A stretch of 63,581 nucleotides of DNA, filler included, from Pelomyxa schiedti (taxonomy: Eukaryota > Protista > Evosea), in assembly GCA_020536535.1 (NCBI GenBank). It is 13 parts of 13 records of this genome, joined end to end, with 100 filler letters (N's around TTAATTAATTAA, not from the genome) between each part and the next. Parts side by side here need not be neighbours in the genome. Positions count along the whole stretch, not along the records: positions 1 to 17,978 come from JAHLWZ010001123.1; positions 18,079 to 20,824 come from JAHLWZ010001903.1; positions 20,925 to 22,051 come from JAHLWZ010002796.1; positions 22,152 to 23,831 come from JAHLWZ010002338.1; positions 23,932 to 34,463 come from JAHLWZ010001263.1; 8 more parts are not named here. One strand, given 5' to 3'. Shown one piece after another: positions 13,531 through 24,935 of this stretch (position 1 is its first letter; each line of letters opens with the position of its first letter). Below the pieces are notes generated by a model. The model worked only from the letters and a program-made list of their open reading frames with translations, was not told the origin of the DNA and ran no database searches. A program made the translations under genes and the position numbers.

Positions 13531-15374
13531 TTAAAGGGACTGCAGGAAAATGATGTTGTCAATAAGGTTCAGCTTCATGTAGTACTTGAATGCTTCAGTT
13601 GTGGTGAGAGACTTGTGGTTTACCAGTGTGTACTGGTGGAGTGGAATGCACTCTTGCTCTATTTCCGGTGTGATGGAAATTGGGGGTGTTGTTACTGGTG
13701 TGTTTGGTGGTTGAGATTGTAACAGCCGGTCAAGCTCAGGCTGTATAAGTGCCGGCAGACTAGAATTCAATGGTAAATAGTGCAGAAAAGTTCCCATTTC
13801 GCTGCTGTCAACTGGCTTTTGGGGGATTAGTTTGGTTTGGAAGAAGTTAATGTACAGTACCTGAAGTGGAGCTGAAATTGTTAAAAAAAAGATTTTCCGT
13901 ATGAAGAGGTTCAGGTCACCGACTGGTTCTCGTTCGAAATATCTGAACGAAGTTGGAGAAAACAGGTACTTAATGCCGGAGGCCTGGTCAACATGCTGGA
14001 TTGGATATCATAGGTTGAAAACAATGGATAGATGGGGAAGGGACCAACAGTGACAGGTTCGAAATGGCCAGTTTTATAAATTTTGTTTTTGAATGTACTC
14101 GGATCGTAAAGCTCGCGTTTTCCTGTGAGCCATGCTAGAGTCGACTGGAAGTGCGCAAAAGCTTTTCCTATGTCATTGATATTTGTTTTTGATTCCTTAT
14201 TTAAAAGTGTTACGAATTTGCAATGAAAAGGAAACGTACCACAATGCAATCAACAGTAACAGGGTCCGCAGGATTTTCTGATGTATGGATGAGCTGCAAG
14301 GAATTAAAACCAAACAGAATCTTTGTAAAGCGGATGGCGTACCACGAGGTCGAATTCAGCTGTTGGCATTCCTGCAGAACATCACTACATTCAAATCAAC
14401 ATAGTAAAACATGCACAGAACATACCGATTTGGACATTGCGCAGAAGAACATATGGCCGGGTGGCTATTTGACATGGGTCTTCCTGGTGAGGTGTCGCTT
14501 TCTCTTGGTTCTTAACCAGTGATACAAGTGTGCTAAAGATGTCCGTGGATGTTGCAGATTTCCGTTCCAAAGTTTTCCCAGCCTCAAAAGCTGCCTTCGC
14601 CGTTGTTTTATTGAGCGCAGTGATGTCGTTTTCAGCGCGAATAATTCCTAGTTCCTCGCGTAATCTTGCCAGATTGGCTTTAGCTTGATCGAGAGAAGCA
14701 CGCTGTGGACACAGGGCAACGAGTTGATTAAACTCTTCGTTCATAGCATTCAGTAAGGCAGTTCCTTGGGCTAACTTCTCTTTTGCTTTTGCAACTTTTT
14801 CAACTGATGCAGGACCGTTTGTTTTGCGTGCCCGAGGACGGGCACCAGGACGCTTGGCGGCAGCGGTATCTGCAGATTCCCCTGTTGCTATGGGTTCCTC
14901 TGCAGAGACAAAAAGTGAAATGCCTTCCACTACAAGTTCCTGCTTATGCCTCTTATCCTCTAGTTCCTCTATTCGAGGGTAGTACTCTGAGCTCATATAA
15001 GCTTCTTTTGCACCTGTGGGAGTGCTGGCATTTACCTCAAATGGTGAAAAAAAAAAGGAACACTTACTTTCCACTTGAGCTTTGGCAGGTTTAAACAAGT
15101 GCTCATTTGCAACCAACAGCGCTCTTAGATACGCTCTCTTCTTAAACGCTTCGTCGTGCACCAACTTCCCAGCAGTAAGCGGCACGACCCACTCAGCAAA
15201 ATCGCGGTTGGTCATTTCTGTCAGCAACTTGACCGATTTGACAACAAGCCATTCCACGTGTGGCAACGCGTATTCGTGCGACGCCGCACTCGCAAGTATT
15301 TTCGAAGTACCGTCCACCTCCGCAGATCCCGTCGACACAGGCTTCAAAACCGGCACAGCACCCACCGCAGCCAT
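13531..15374 (-). CDS. Hypothetical multi-exon protein with coiled-coil region
   Basis: Three collinear minus-strand ORFs (14391-15374, 13911-14249, 13531-13797) separated by short GT-AG-like segments; helical LDQAKANLARLREELGII; no domain recognised. Confidence 0.6.
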
Positions 15375-15437
15375 TTAATTGCGCTTTGGTTTACTTTTTT
15401 CAAAAAGAAATTCAAGAATCAAATTTTATTCGGCCTA

Positions 15438-17215
15438 ATGCAGCAGGGAACTGGTGTCACCACGGTGGCAGACGACACGCAATCTTGTCAATTGCCTGCC
15501 TCTTCGTCGGCACCGTATTATTTTCATTGTTTGCAATTTAATGGACCTCACGCTGTTCCAATGACAGGAACGTACAAGCGGTGGGAAGCATCCTCAACTG
15601 CATAATTCTGGAGATCACACAGAAAGTAGATCTACCCTTCGTCTTCCTCATTCATCACGTCGCCACCTGCTCTTTTTTTGTGACGCCACTGCTCTGTGTA
15701 GGATGCCAGTCATTTTCTTTTTCCCGTTGATGGACAACCGTTGACGCCGTTGCACCAGGAGGCACAAAAATTCATTGACAAAGCTCGTGGTGGCGTATTG
15801 TCAGTGGCCCAGTTTGCTTCAGAGATAAAACCTGTATGATGGCGATACATTTATCCACAATTTTGACTTGCGCACTGCTCCTGACCATTTGCAGTTACTG
15901 GACAAAGCTAGGCAGCAATATGGTCCCAGAGCAACTTCAACGTGTCAGAGCATAGAGGAGTCGATCAATTTTTACTGCCCAACTGGTTTCCCCCTGTAGC
16001 ACTCTTTCTCAGTTTTACCGTACAATCTAGATGCCACAACAAAAACCAAACCATGCCCTCGTCGCAACTACATCCCATACAGGCAGAGAGTACAGGTTAT
16101 AGCAACCATTCTTTTGCTGCGGAACTAAATAACAGTCAGAACCTTGCATTCTCCAAGTTTGACCCATACCTGCACCACAGCAACCTAAACGAGGAAACAA
16201 TGAAATACATTCGCAGCCTATACAAAGGTGAATTACCTGTGAATCCAAAACCTTCTCCAAACAGTGCGTGTGTCACCTTTTCAAAGTCACAATTACATTG
16301 AAATCTATCTTCAGAGCCTGTGGACACTGAAACAGGTTTGCCTTCATTGAATGAGCGGTTGAATGAAAACGCAAGGCGAATTTACCAGCTGCAGCTGTTT
16401 CAGCACCTCAGAGCTGGTAACCCCAACCCAACAAGTGAACCTGAACAGGCTCTGTTGGCCACCACAATGAATGCAACAACGGAACTTATACTACAATGTG
16501 ATAATCCGAAGTTGGTCCAGAATTTTCACCAACAGACTACTACCCCCAATGGTTTCTGTGACGAGTCTCTGAGGCCCACACAAAATAGAGGACACTGGAC
16601 TCATCAACAGGATGCCAACAGCAAACCCTGTCAGGAGTGACAAACCATTTTATCAACTGTAATTACTGTTGTTTTTTTGTCAAATAGTCCTTGCTTCTTC
16701 ACAAACAAAAACAAGCCATTTGGCTGTTGGAACTGCTTGGAACTGTGAAGAGATATCTGGGCAACGATGTGCAGTTGCACCAATGTGTGTTACCCCATGC
16801 AACACAACAGCACCTCCTCCTCCACAAATTTTGGCAGTGAATGAACATCCTCAACAGCTCCAACATCACACCTATTGTTGTGTCGAGGTTGTACACGACC
16901 TTCAACTTTCAACTTGGTTCTTGGTGGTTGTGAGTGACACCGTTGTACAGGAAGAAGTGGGTGAACCAGATATTGAAGTCTACTACATTTTAAGAAGGTC
17001 ACATTGGGGGAGCAGACATACATGTGAACCAGTGTTTTGTTGTGAAAGGAAATACCCTTTTGGAAGTGAGCAAGAGAGCTGAGATAGCTTCTTTAGAAGC
17101 AGCACACAAGCAAGAGAAACAAGAGCTGGAAAAGAAGCATCAAGCTGACATTGACCATCTCAAAGAGTGTCAGAAAGAGAAGGAAGCTGCAGTACATTGT
17201 CACACCAAAGTATGA
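15438..17215 (+). CDS. Hypothetical multi-exon gene or pseudogene
   Basis: Collinear plus-strand exon-like ORFs ending in a coiled coil (LEAAHKQEKQELEKKHQADIDHLK); stops near 15603 and a frame change near 17050 are not clearly explained by introns. Confidence 0.4.
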
Positions 17216-17571
17216 ATGAAGTTTAAATCTTGTTTTGAGTCTTCTTAATAAAAAAATTAAGTTTGATTTGTAGGCTCTTCCAATGTTTCTTTATGATGCA
17301 TCATTGTCACCATCAAAGCAAGTAAGACTACTGTGGGAGATCTGCAAGGGATTAACATGAACTTGTCTCACTCGGAGTGGCATCTGCTGTGCACATCCTG
17401 AAAGAAAAAAGGCCATTTTACAATGCTTTCAACAAGAAGGATGTTGTTGCCGGACCTGTGGGATACACCGTGTTTAAATTGGCTACACTACACAACACTC
17501 GTGATGCAACTTATCTTTTCCTTCACAAGAGTAAATAACTCAAACACAACAGAACTTAATTCACTCAATTT

Positions 17572-17722
17572 CAACCAATTTGATAACCATTGTGATCTCA
17601 TTGAAACAGAGATCTTATAAATGCTACACAGAATGGTGCCAAAGGTGTCAAGCTTGGGTTTTGGTGAATCTCTTGCCATTCTAATCCCACAATCTAAGTT
17701 CTATCCCACTAGCTACCAAGAA
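17572..17722 (+). repeat. Dispersed repeat, copy 1 (copy 2 at about 33328-33460)
   Basis: ACCATTGTGATCTC.TTGAAACAGAGATCTTATAAATGCTACAC..GAATGGTGCCAAAGGTG.CAAGCTT..TTTGGTGAATCTCTTGCCAT is shared between two contigs. Confidence 0.85.
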
Positions 17723-17978
17723 CGTGACAGAGATGAGAAATGGGGTTGATGAATGTGTTACATGAAGGTGCCACTTATGAGGCTGTGCAGGGACTTGGAA
17801 GTTCCACTTTTCCCTGCTTTTTCTGTCCAAGGAGACACTTTGGAACCCCTAACAAACAAGGGACATACTAGAAGTCACGCTGTGCCTTTCTGCGTGGCGC
17901 TGTAGTTCTTGAAGCAGCCGATCACACAAATCAATAGAAACCACATTATAGCCCATCACACTAAGTGGTATACTCTGC

Positions 17979-18078
17979 NNNNNNNNNNNNNNNNNNNNNN
18001 NNNNNNNNNNNNNNNNNNNNNNTTAATTAATTAANNNNNNNNNNNNNNNNNNNNNNNNNNNNNNNNNNNNNNNNNNNN
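17979..18078. other. Artificial contig linker (44 N + TTAATTAATTAA + 44 N). Identical linkers at 20825-20924, 22052-22151, 23832-23931, 34464-34563, 41912-42011, 44647-44746, 46060-46159, 47213-47312, 55899-55998, 58404-58503, 59593-59692
   Basis: Identical 100-bp structure each time; the 12-mer gives stop codons in all six frames. Confidence 0.98.
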
Positions 18079-18206
18079 TCCAGCCCGACGCCAAGCGAGA
18101 CCTGAAGTGGAAATTGCTTTGTGCAGGGATGGTGTCACTCATCGTCTTTGGGGTCTCTTTCCAGATGCTGACCATTTACACCACCCTCATAAACAATTTT
18201 GTCTAG
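18079..18206 (+). CDS. 3' end of a membrane protein (last transmembrane helix), partial
   Basis: QPDAKRDLKWKLLCAGMVSLIVFGVSFQMLTIYTTLINNFV* at the contig start. Confidence 0.5.
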
Positions 18207-18513
18207 ACAAGACACTGCAAGGAAGCCAAACAAAAAAAAATTAATAAAAAACCAGGGGTTGGCCCCTTGTGTGTATATCTTCTATGGGAATTCCTGAACA
18301 GTGGAAATGTTTTCCTGGTGATGTCTCCCTTTGCCAACCAATCACTCCCAAGGTATGTGCTGTGTGGTTTTACACTTTGTAGGCTCGATTGCCCCGAGTG
18401 ACAGCTGGTGGCCAGTGTGTGTACTGGTACGATGCCTGTGCTCTTCGCTCATCCACCGTGAAACTGATTCCTGTATCAAGACAACACCCATATTTTCTCT
18501 TTCTGCGGAATTG

Positions 18514-20016
18514 ATGATAAGGGACAGGGACGTAGGATTTGAGTTTCTCAGGCTTCTTCCCGGCGCACTCACGGCCGCCCATCAATTCGTAGCCCTCGCG
18601 TCATCCCTGCTCCCTCGCGCCTGCCACGTCTCCGCACTGCCACCTTCTGTGCTCGTGGAGTGTATCGGCAAGAGGTGGGTGACGGCCGTCGACCGCCCCG
18701 TGCTCGCCAACTTCGGCCTGGGTGCCTTCGCCGGCTACGAGGTGTTCTTCAGCGTGTCGCACACCCTGGGCCTCGTGCAGGTCCCCTGCCGCGTAATCCC
18801 CAACGCGGGGGTGCTGGGCTGGATCGCACCAGACAGGTGCCTGATGCTCCCCGACATCGTCTATGGTAATGACCATAACAACCTGGTTGTCGGGCAGATT
18901 CGCGATGGTGAAGCTGACATAGCGCAGATACAGGAGCTTGTGGGGTGGAGGGATCGTTTTAGGAGAAGTGCCAGGGTGGCGTGCAACAGGAGGTGGATTG
19001 CGATGTCACGTAAGAGATCGGGATCTCTGATGGTGTGGAGGGTGGAGGGTGGTGTGGCATCAGAAGACCACCTCGAGTGCTTGGTGGCGAAGAAGCTGCT
19101 GCGGCTGAGGTTCTTTACAACAACAAGCGCGTATGACTCGGAGTCTGACACTCTGGAGTTGTCATTTCTGGAGGATGACTTAGTGTTTGCAACCTCCATT
19201 GTTATTCATCACGTTGACTTGAGAAAGGTCTGGCAGGAAGGTGTGATCACCATGGATAGTGTGTCCGTAATTTCTGACTGCTGTTTGTCGGCACAACTCT
19301 CTTCAGGCCTGTGTTCACCACTGTTGGACAGGGACAAAGTGGTTTATTACTTGCCGGTCACAAAGGTATGTTCCACCGAACCAAAGAAGAAGGTTCCAGG
19401 AAGTTTATCAAGGAGTACCCTTGGGCAGCTGTCATTCAAAGCACCTGCCCGTACAATAGAAAAGCACTACCTTCTTGATTTAAACACAGGGGAGCCTATC
19501 GCGTGGTTGAAAACCCCCACAGGACAGCTGGAAGTGAAGGCAGTTGATGAGTCACACCTCGCCACAACAACCAGTGACCACTCATCAACCTCTGTTTTTG
19601 CCTTATCCTCCCTCACTCGCCCAAACAAACAAGGAGCTCCAGAGACACCATTTCGTAAAGGAGCCCATTCCAGGAGGTGCCCTCCTCGCCCCACTCCACT
19701 GTGCACATACAGGCACCCACCAGGCACACAAAAAGTCACATCAGGATGTGGCCTTCTTGTCACCAGCACAACTGTGCAATCCCCACCAATCAGTGATGAT
19801 GCACGCCGCGTGGCCATCCACTACCACAACCCATCATGCAGCAGGAGGTTTGGGCTTCCATACGACACAGCGACACCACTGTCCAGCCACAGTTTCACTG
19901 ATGCCGTGTCAGGTGCCACGTTGTTCACCATCACTTTGCCAATGGGCATCCTCCTTCTGTCTATTGTACCCATCACGTTCCGCACCCCAAAAGTGGTCAC
20001 TTCACGTCCATGGTGA
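18514..20016 (+). CDS. Divergent family-A member, intronless, about 500 aa
   Basis: AAHQFVALA, ALPPSVLVECIGKRWV, FFSVSHTLGLV, GWI, CNRRWI, YDSESDTLE, LNTG, AVDESHL, FTDAVSGATLF match the 24-34 kb array. First ATG after the T-rich upstream region taken as start. Confidence 0.85.
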   Translation: MIRDRDVGFEFLRLLPGALTAAHQFVALASSLLPRACHVSALPPSVLVECIGKRWVTAVDRPVLANFGLGAFAGYEVFFSVSHTLGLVQVPCRVIPNAGVLGWIAPDRCLMLPDIVYGNDHNNLVVGQIRDGEADIAQIQELVGWRDRFRRSARVACNRRWIAMSRKRSGSLMVWRVEGGVASEDHLECLVAKKLLRLRFFTTTSAYDSESDTLELSFLEDDLVFATSIVIHHVDLRKVWQEGVITMDSVSVISDCCLSAQLSSGLCSPLLDRDKVVYYLPVTKVCSTEPKKKVPGSLSRSTLGQLSFKAPARTIEKHYLLDLNTGEPIAWLKTPTGQLEVKAVDESHLATTTSDHSSTSVFALSSLTRPNKQGAPETPFRKGAHSRRCPPRPTPLCTYRHPPGTQKVTSGCGLLVTSTTVQSPPISDDARRVAIHYHNPSCSRRFGLPYDTATPLSSHSFTDAVSGATLFTITLPMGILLLSIVPITFRTPKVVTSRPW

Positions 20017-20391
20017 CATGCTCATGAGTGCTGAACGTTTGAAAGAGAATAACCCGTTTTTTTCAATCACTGCACACAACAATTCTCCAGTGAATGAACG
20101 ATTTATGAAGTGAAGTGAAGTGATTCTGAGCTTGTAGTTTGTACTATTTGCTATTTGTACATTAGTATGTGGACTGCACCTTCCAAATCCCTGCCTTTTT
20201 CATTGCATTGAGAATTTGGAAGCTAATTGGTGGAACTGTTTTTTTTTGCTTTTAAAAGTTGCCCATGCGATTTGTTGTACTCTGCACTCTCCCAACGTCC
20301 AATTGGCGGAATAAAATAATCAACGGACCGGAACGCTGTACTTTTCGTTATCGTCGCTCCTCCGGTGTTTTTTTTATTCAGCCACTTAACG

Positions 20392-20824
20392 ATGACCGAA
20401 AGCAAGGGAGGTCCCGTGTCTCTCACGGTGGGTTTCCTAACTAGACTGCGCCGCGGTTTATCGTCGCCTCACTTCCCCCCTTTTTCTTGCCCAGAAGAGC
20501 ACTGGGGAATACTACGACGAGTACATCAACGACGGGGACTATCGTGACGACTCCCATAATAACAACGACGGCGGAGTGCTGGACTCAGATTCCGACTACG
20601 AAGGCGGGGGCGTGTACGATAACCGGCGCGATGGTGGTGGTGGCGGCGGCGTGGCAGCAAGCCCGAGCAAGAAGAAGTCAGCTGCTGTGGGCCGCGGTGA
20701 CGGCGGCGACGGCGACGATATGGTGATGATACGCCGCCAGCAGCCGCGGGCACAAGCACAGGCCCAGACACGGGCTCAGTCTGACGACGGCGACCCCGAC
20801 GACTTGGATCCTGTGTTGCCTCAA
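20392..20824 (+). CDS. 5' part of a gene with acidic/Gly-rich N-terminus, truncated by contig end
   Basis: MTESKGGPVSLT, GT-AG intron 20428-20494, then KSTGEYYDEYINDGDY..DPVLPQ in frame. Confidence 0.6.
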
Positions 20825-22151
20825 NNNNNNNNNNNNNNNNNNNNNNNNNNNNNNNNNNNNNNNNNNNNTTAATTAATTAANNNNNNNNNNNNNNNNNNNN
20901 NNNNNNNNNNNNNNNNNNNNNNNNTCGTTTGAGTTGCCATCCTTCCGTGCGGGCCCAATCATCACATCCCCCAGCAAGTCTTGATGCTAACAAAAAGGGT
21001 GGAGGGTGGTCTTTGACCCAACCAGGAGAATAAAGAAAGGCCCCTTTAAAGACCCCTTATCCAGGAGAAGTTGCTCCCCAGACAAGGCGGAGGACCAGGA
21101 CTGTCCACCACTGCCGCTACGTACCACACGTACCACCAGTTTGGACACAATCTGGTATCCCTTGAGAGATCTCCCAGGTCCCTGTTGTGAATTTTCCTTG
21201 GTACCACAAAGGCCGCATCGAATCGACCTGCATTCATTCTAGAGGTAATCTGTGTGGCTGTGTGGAGTCCATATTCCCCAGAAAGGATCTTCCCGTGGTC
21301 GATAAATTACATTATCAAAACAAGTGAACAGGGTTCCAGCTCAACAAGTTGATTTTCATTCGCACTGCTTGCGGGTCAGCCAAGGAGCACTAATAACACC
21401 AAAGATTAGTTTGACTGACACTGGTCTTGTCTAAGAAGTGGGGGGACATTTTAAAACAACCACCAGGCAGGCAGGGAACAAGTGGTCTGATTGTCAATTG
21501 GAATATCGCCCGCCACAACAACAAGATACGATGGAGAGGCCGTGACACGACCAATCATCGAAGTGTTGTTCCAGGAGGAAACAAAAAAAAAAAAAACAAG
21601 TGCAGCTCCCAGCCGTGATGCATCTAATCCCCACAATGACGGAGGCCAACCAGCTATCGCCCTACAGGCCAACTTGAGCGACACCAGCACGCTCCCTCTC
21701 ACACCACTTTCCGTCGCCACCCCCCGATCTACCAATTACCACCGCTCTCGCACAAAGTCCCTCAACGTCGCGGACGACACCCTTTGACCGGCCACATTGC
21801 CGGCGCGCGGCTAACAATGATCGTGGAAACCCTCTTTTGTCATCAAATCCGCACACGTCGAAACCAACTTCATCATCTTCCCCCCCCGCCCCTGGGAGAC
21901 GTCGATAATGCAGAATGTCTCCGTCCTTGGCGGGTTATCAACCTTACTCCTCCTCAATCGTCACTTTCTGGTTTGAAAACAAACAGAAGAACAGCCACAC
22001 CGGTGGTTGATTTGTGAGAGGCAATGCATGCAACGAGATCTTCGTTGTCGCNNNNNNNNNNNNNNNNNNNNNNNNNNNNNNNNNNNNNNNNNNNNTTAAT
22101 TAATTAANNNNNNNNNNNNNNNNNNNNNNNNNNNNNNNNNNNNNNNNNNNN

Positions 22152-23831
22152 GATCAATCTCCTGTGGCCTTGTTGGCCTTTGTGGAATACCACAGCTCTT
22201 TGCCATCTCCACAAACTCCTTCCAGATCAGTGAGGTGGTTTTCCCTTTGGCCCTCCTTTTGGTTATTACCCATTTCAGAGACATCCAAGTTGTAGGAACA
22301 ACTTTTGGAACTCCATCATCATTGCTACTGAAACCAGTAATTTCCTTACAGACATCTGTCACCACAGATCCAAGGCCCTCCATTTGGCACTTATCACACC
22401 TCCACCCCTTTCCCTTGTTGAGATCCACCAGAAATACAACATCCTCAAGCATGAAAACGCGGGTGAGGAGCTCAGCCAGCTTGGGATCATGAGGATCAAC
22501 TTGGTCCATGTGAGTTCCAACGGGTATGATGCACCTCCCTGTCTTGGAGCCCTTGCTTCTGGCGACTGATATCTCGTTCAACCATTTATAAACTGCCATG
22601 TGTGGCTCCTCCATCATCAATGCCTTGGAGACATCAAAGGTAACAATGAATACAGAACGGCTGAGGAGAAACCATTGGTGGAACGGTGAAAGTGAATCCC
22701 CTCCTGTGTGTGTGTGTGTTTTGTGTGAGATGGAGTGGGACCAAAGCACGCATACCAAGGTCCCAGATAGTGTATGAACTATTCTCAGCTCCTTTCAACG
22801 TCACATTGCGATACACAGCAATTCCTGTGTGAGCATGTTTTGCTTTCAGTTTTTTCTTGCCCTCCATCAGACACCTCAACAGTGTTGTCTTGCCAACACC
22901 TGTGTCTCCAACAAACACAAGCTTGTGTATGTTTGTTCTGATATATATATGGTTTATGCCAGAGCCGCCATACCAATGGCCGAATCTCACATTGGGAGCT
23001 TTGGCCAACCACTTTGGTAGCTTTTTAATGAAGTTCCTGGAGAGGTTTAGTGCGCTGCTGGTCAATGTCTGCAGTGCTTCAGGAACAGAATCCAAATTCA
23101 TTGCAGAGAGGTCAATGGTCTCAGAGTCTGCCAGAAATCTGGCCATACACACAACACCAATGGCAAGATGGTTATTTGTTTTCAGCCACGCCCTTAGTGC
23201 CATTGACACTGTGAGGAATGGGAACTGTGACCTGTAATCGTGCACAAGTTGCATGATCATCTGAGCTATTGTTACATCGGCACAGGTGATGTCAAGGATG
23301 GCAGGCATAACAGGTAATGGAACTGGGTGAAAGTCCAGGGGCAAGGTGTTGCTGATGTGGGGGGGATAAGGGTATGCTGAAGGGCGCCTTCGAGGGGTAG
23401 TTGAGGCATCTGAGATGAGTGATAGAAATGCGTCCAAAAAGCCCAGTTTTGGCTCCCATCTCAACATTTTGTGAGCACATATCTGGTCTTTCTGGTGAGT
23501 ATGTTGGGGAAAAAACGGACTGGTAGGTACACACAAAAAAAGCCATGTAGATGGAGAAGAGTGTGTGAAATATTTCCTTCACTTCAGTGGTACCTTGCAG
23601 ACTGAAATCGACAAGAAACACACATGTGTCCTGGATACTGGAATCGTATAGAGTGTTAAATAAATCCACAAGTGGCAGTAAGGAGTGCGATTCCTCAGCA
23701 CAGTACAGGAAAAGAAATATACGTTTTCTCCTCAGAGCCCTGGTTTGGACCAAATTAATTAAAAAAGCAATTAATTTGTCTGTTGGCACGAGAGAGGGAA
23801 TAACTCACGCAGCACTAATGTTGACATCGCC
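22152..23831 (-). CDS. Roco-family protein fragment (LRR-Roc-start of COR), partial at both ends
   Basis: LRRs (IDLSAMNLDSVP, LNLSRNFIKKLP); P-loop KLVFVGDTGVGKTTL; IWDLG-intron-G; FHQWFL..VFIVTFD; VGTHMD; COR start VPTTW..IWKEFVEMAKSCGI. Confidence 0.9.
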
Positions 23832-23931
23832 NNNNNNNNNNNNNNNNNNNNNNNNNNNNNNNNNNNNNNNNNNNNTTAATTAATTAANNNNNNNNNNNNN
23901 NNNNNNNNNNNNNNNNNNNNNNNNNNNNNNN

Positions 23932-24382
23932 CCCCACAGAGGGAAAAGAACGAAAGAGAGTGAGAGTGTAAAGGTTCTCTTGCTTGTTCTCGTGCTTGGG
24001 TTGCACATGTTCAAAGGATAATTAATTTGGTGCGGTTAGGTGCGGTTAGCTTCGAAGCCACGCTGTTGTCCAATTCTCAGTCAAGATTACCTTAGAATCA
24101 ATCACCGCTGCAGTCCGCATTAGTGCGTTCTGCGTCTCATAAGATCGTCACTGCCTTATTCCAGTAATTCCATCAAGCCCGCATTGGATCTCGAGAGTCG
24201 AGATTCGTACAGAGTCTGCAGAGTGTCCATAGAGCTAAAGCTCGTGTACTTGCTAAAGTACACACACCTCAAAGTCCAAAAAAACACAAACTCCCACCAA
24301 GAGAGGGAAAAAAGGGTAATCATTTTAAAAATTGAAAAGCCTGATTCTTGGGCAAAAGCCTGACTGGGTTGGCAGGAGCTTA
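23932..24382. mobile_element. End of a probable DNA transposon inserted into a family-A gene
   Basis: 24293-24382 resembles 58539-58624; both end GGCAAAAGCCTGACTGGGTTGGCA.G.GCTTA and flanks then diverge. Here family-A coding sequence resumes immediately. Both contigs break inside the element. Confidence 0.65.
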
Positions 24383-24614
24383 GTTGCCAATGGCGTCATG
24401 GCACCACTCCTCAGAGCCCAAGAGACCAAGGCTCTCCAAAACGAGGGACAGACCAATCTCAGAAAGGTGCAACCCCCCACAGATCCTGATGTGGCATGAG
24501 TTCATTGATGCAACAACAGGCACAGTGCTGTTCACAGTGAAGCAGGCAGATGCATACTTCAGCCTCCTTCCAGTTTACATTGGTCCTGTTCCATTCCACA
24601 ATCCCTTGGGATAG
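24383..24614 (+). pseudogene. Family-A 3' fragment (interrupted gene)
   Basis: SWHHSSEPKRPRLSKTRD..HEFIDATTGTVLFTVKQ..PVPFHNPLG*. Confidence 0.85.
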
Positions 24615-24935
24615 CAGCAAATCATTCAGAGAGCATCAGAAGAATCACAAGTGTGGTGAGGTGATCTAAATGGTTGGATAGAAAATCTAAGCCCGTTTGG
24701 CACCTGTCATTATGTAATCCTCCATACACCGCCTGCCTTTTAAACCTCTTTTCCCCCATGTTGAACAAAGTTTTTAAAACCAAAAACTCACCTTTTATTC
24801 ATCCCGCTCTAACGGTTAGAAACAAGCGGGTCTGTCTACTTCTATCCATACCTCTAACACACCATCACCCTCTTTTCTCTTTCTAAGCGTGTGTCGCTAC
24901 AACAACAATCACAATTTTTCGACAGACAAAACAAA

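Noticed and set aside
20925-22051. Short ORFs on the 1.1-kb contig
   Set aside because: No recognisable motif or consistent exon chain.
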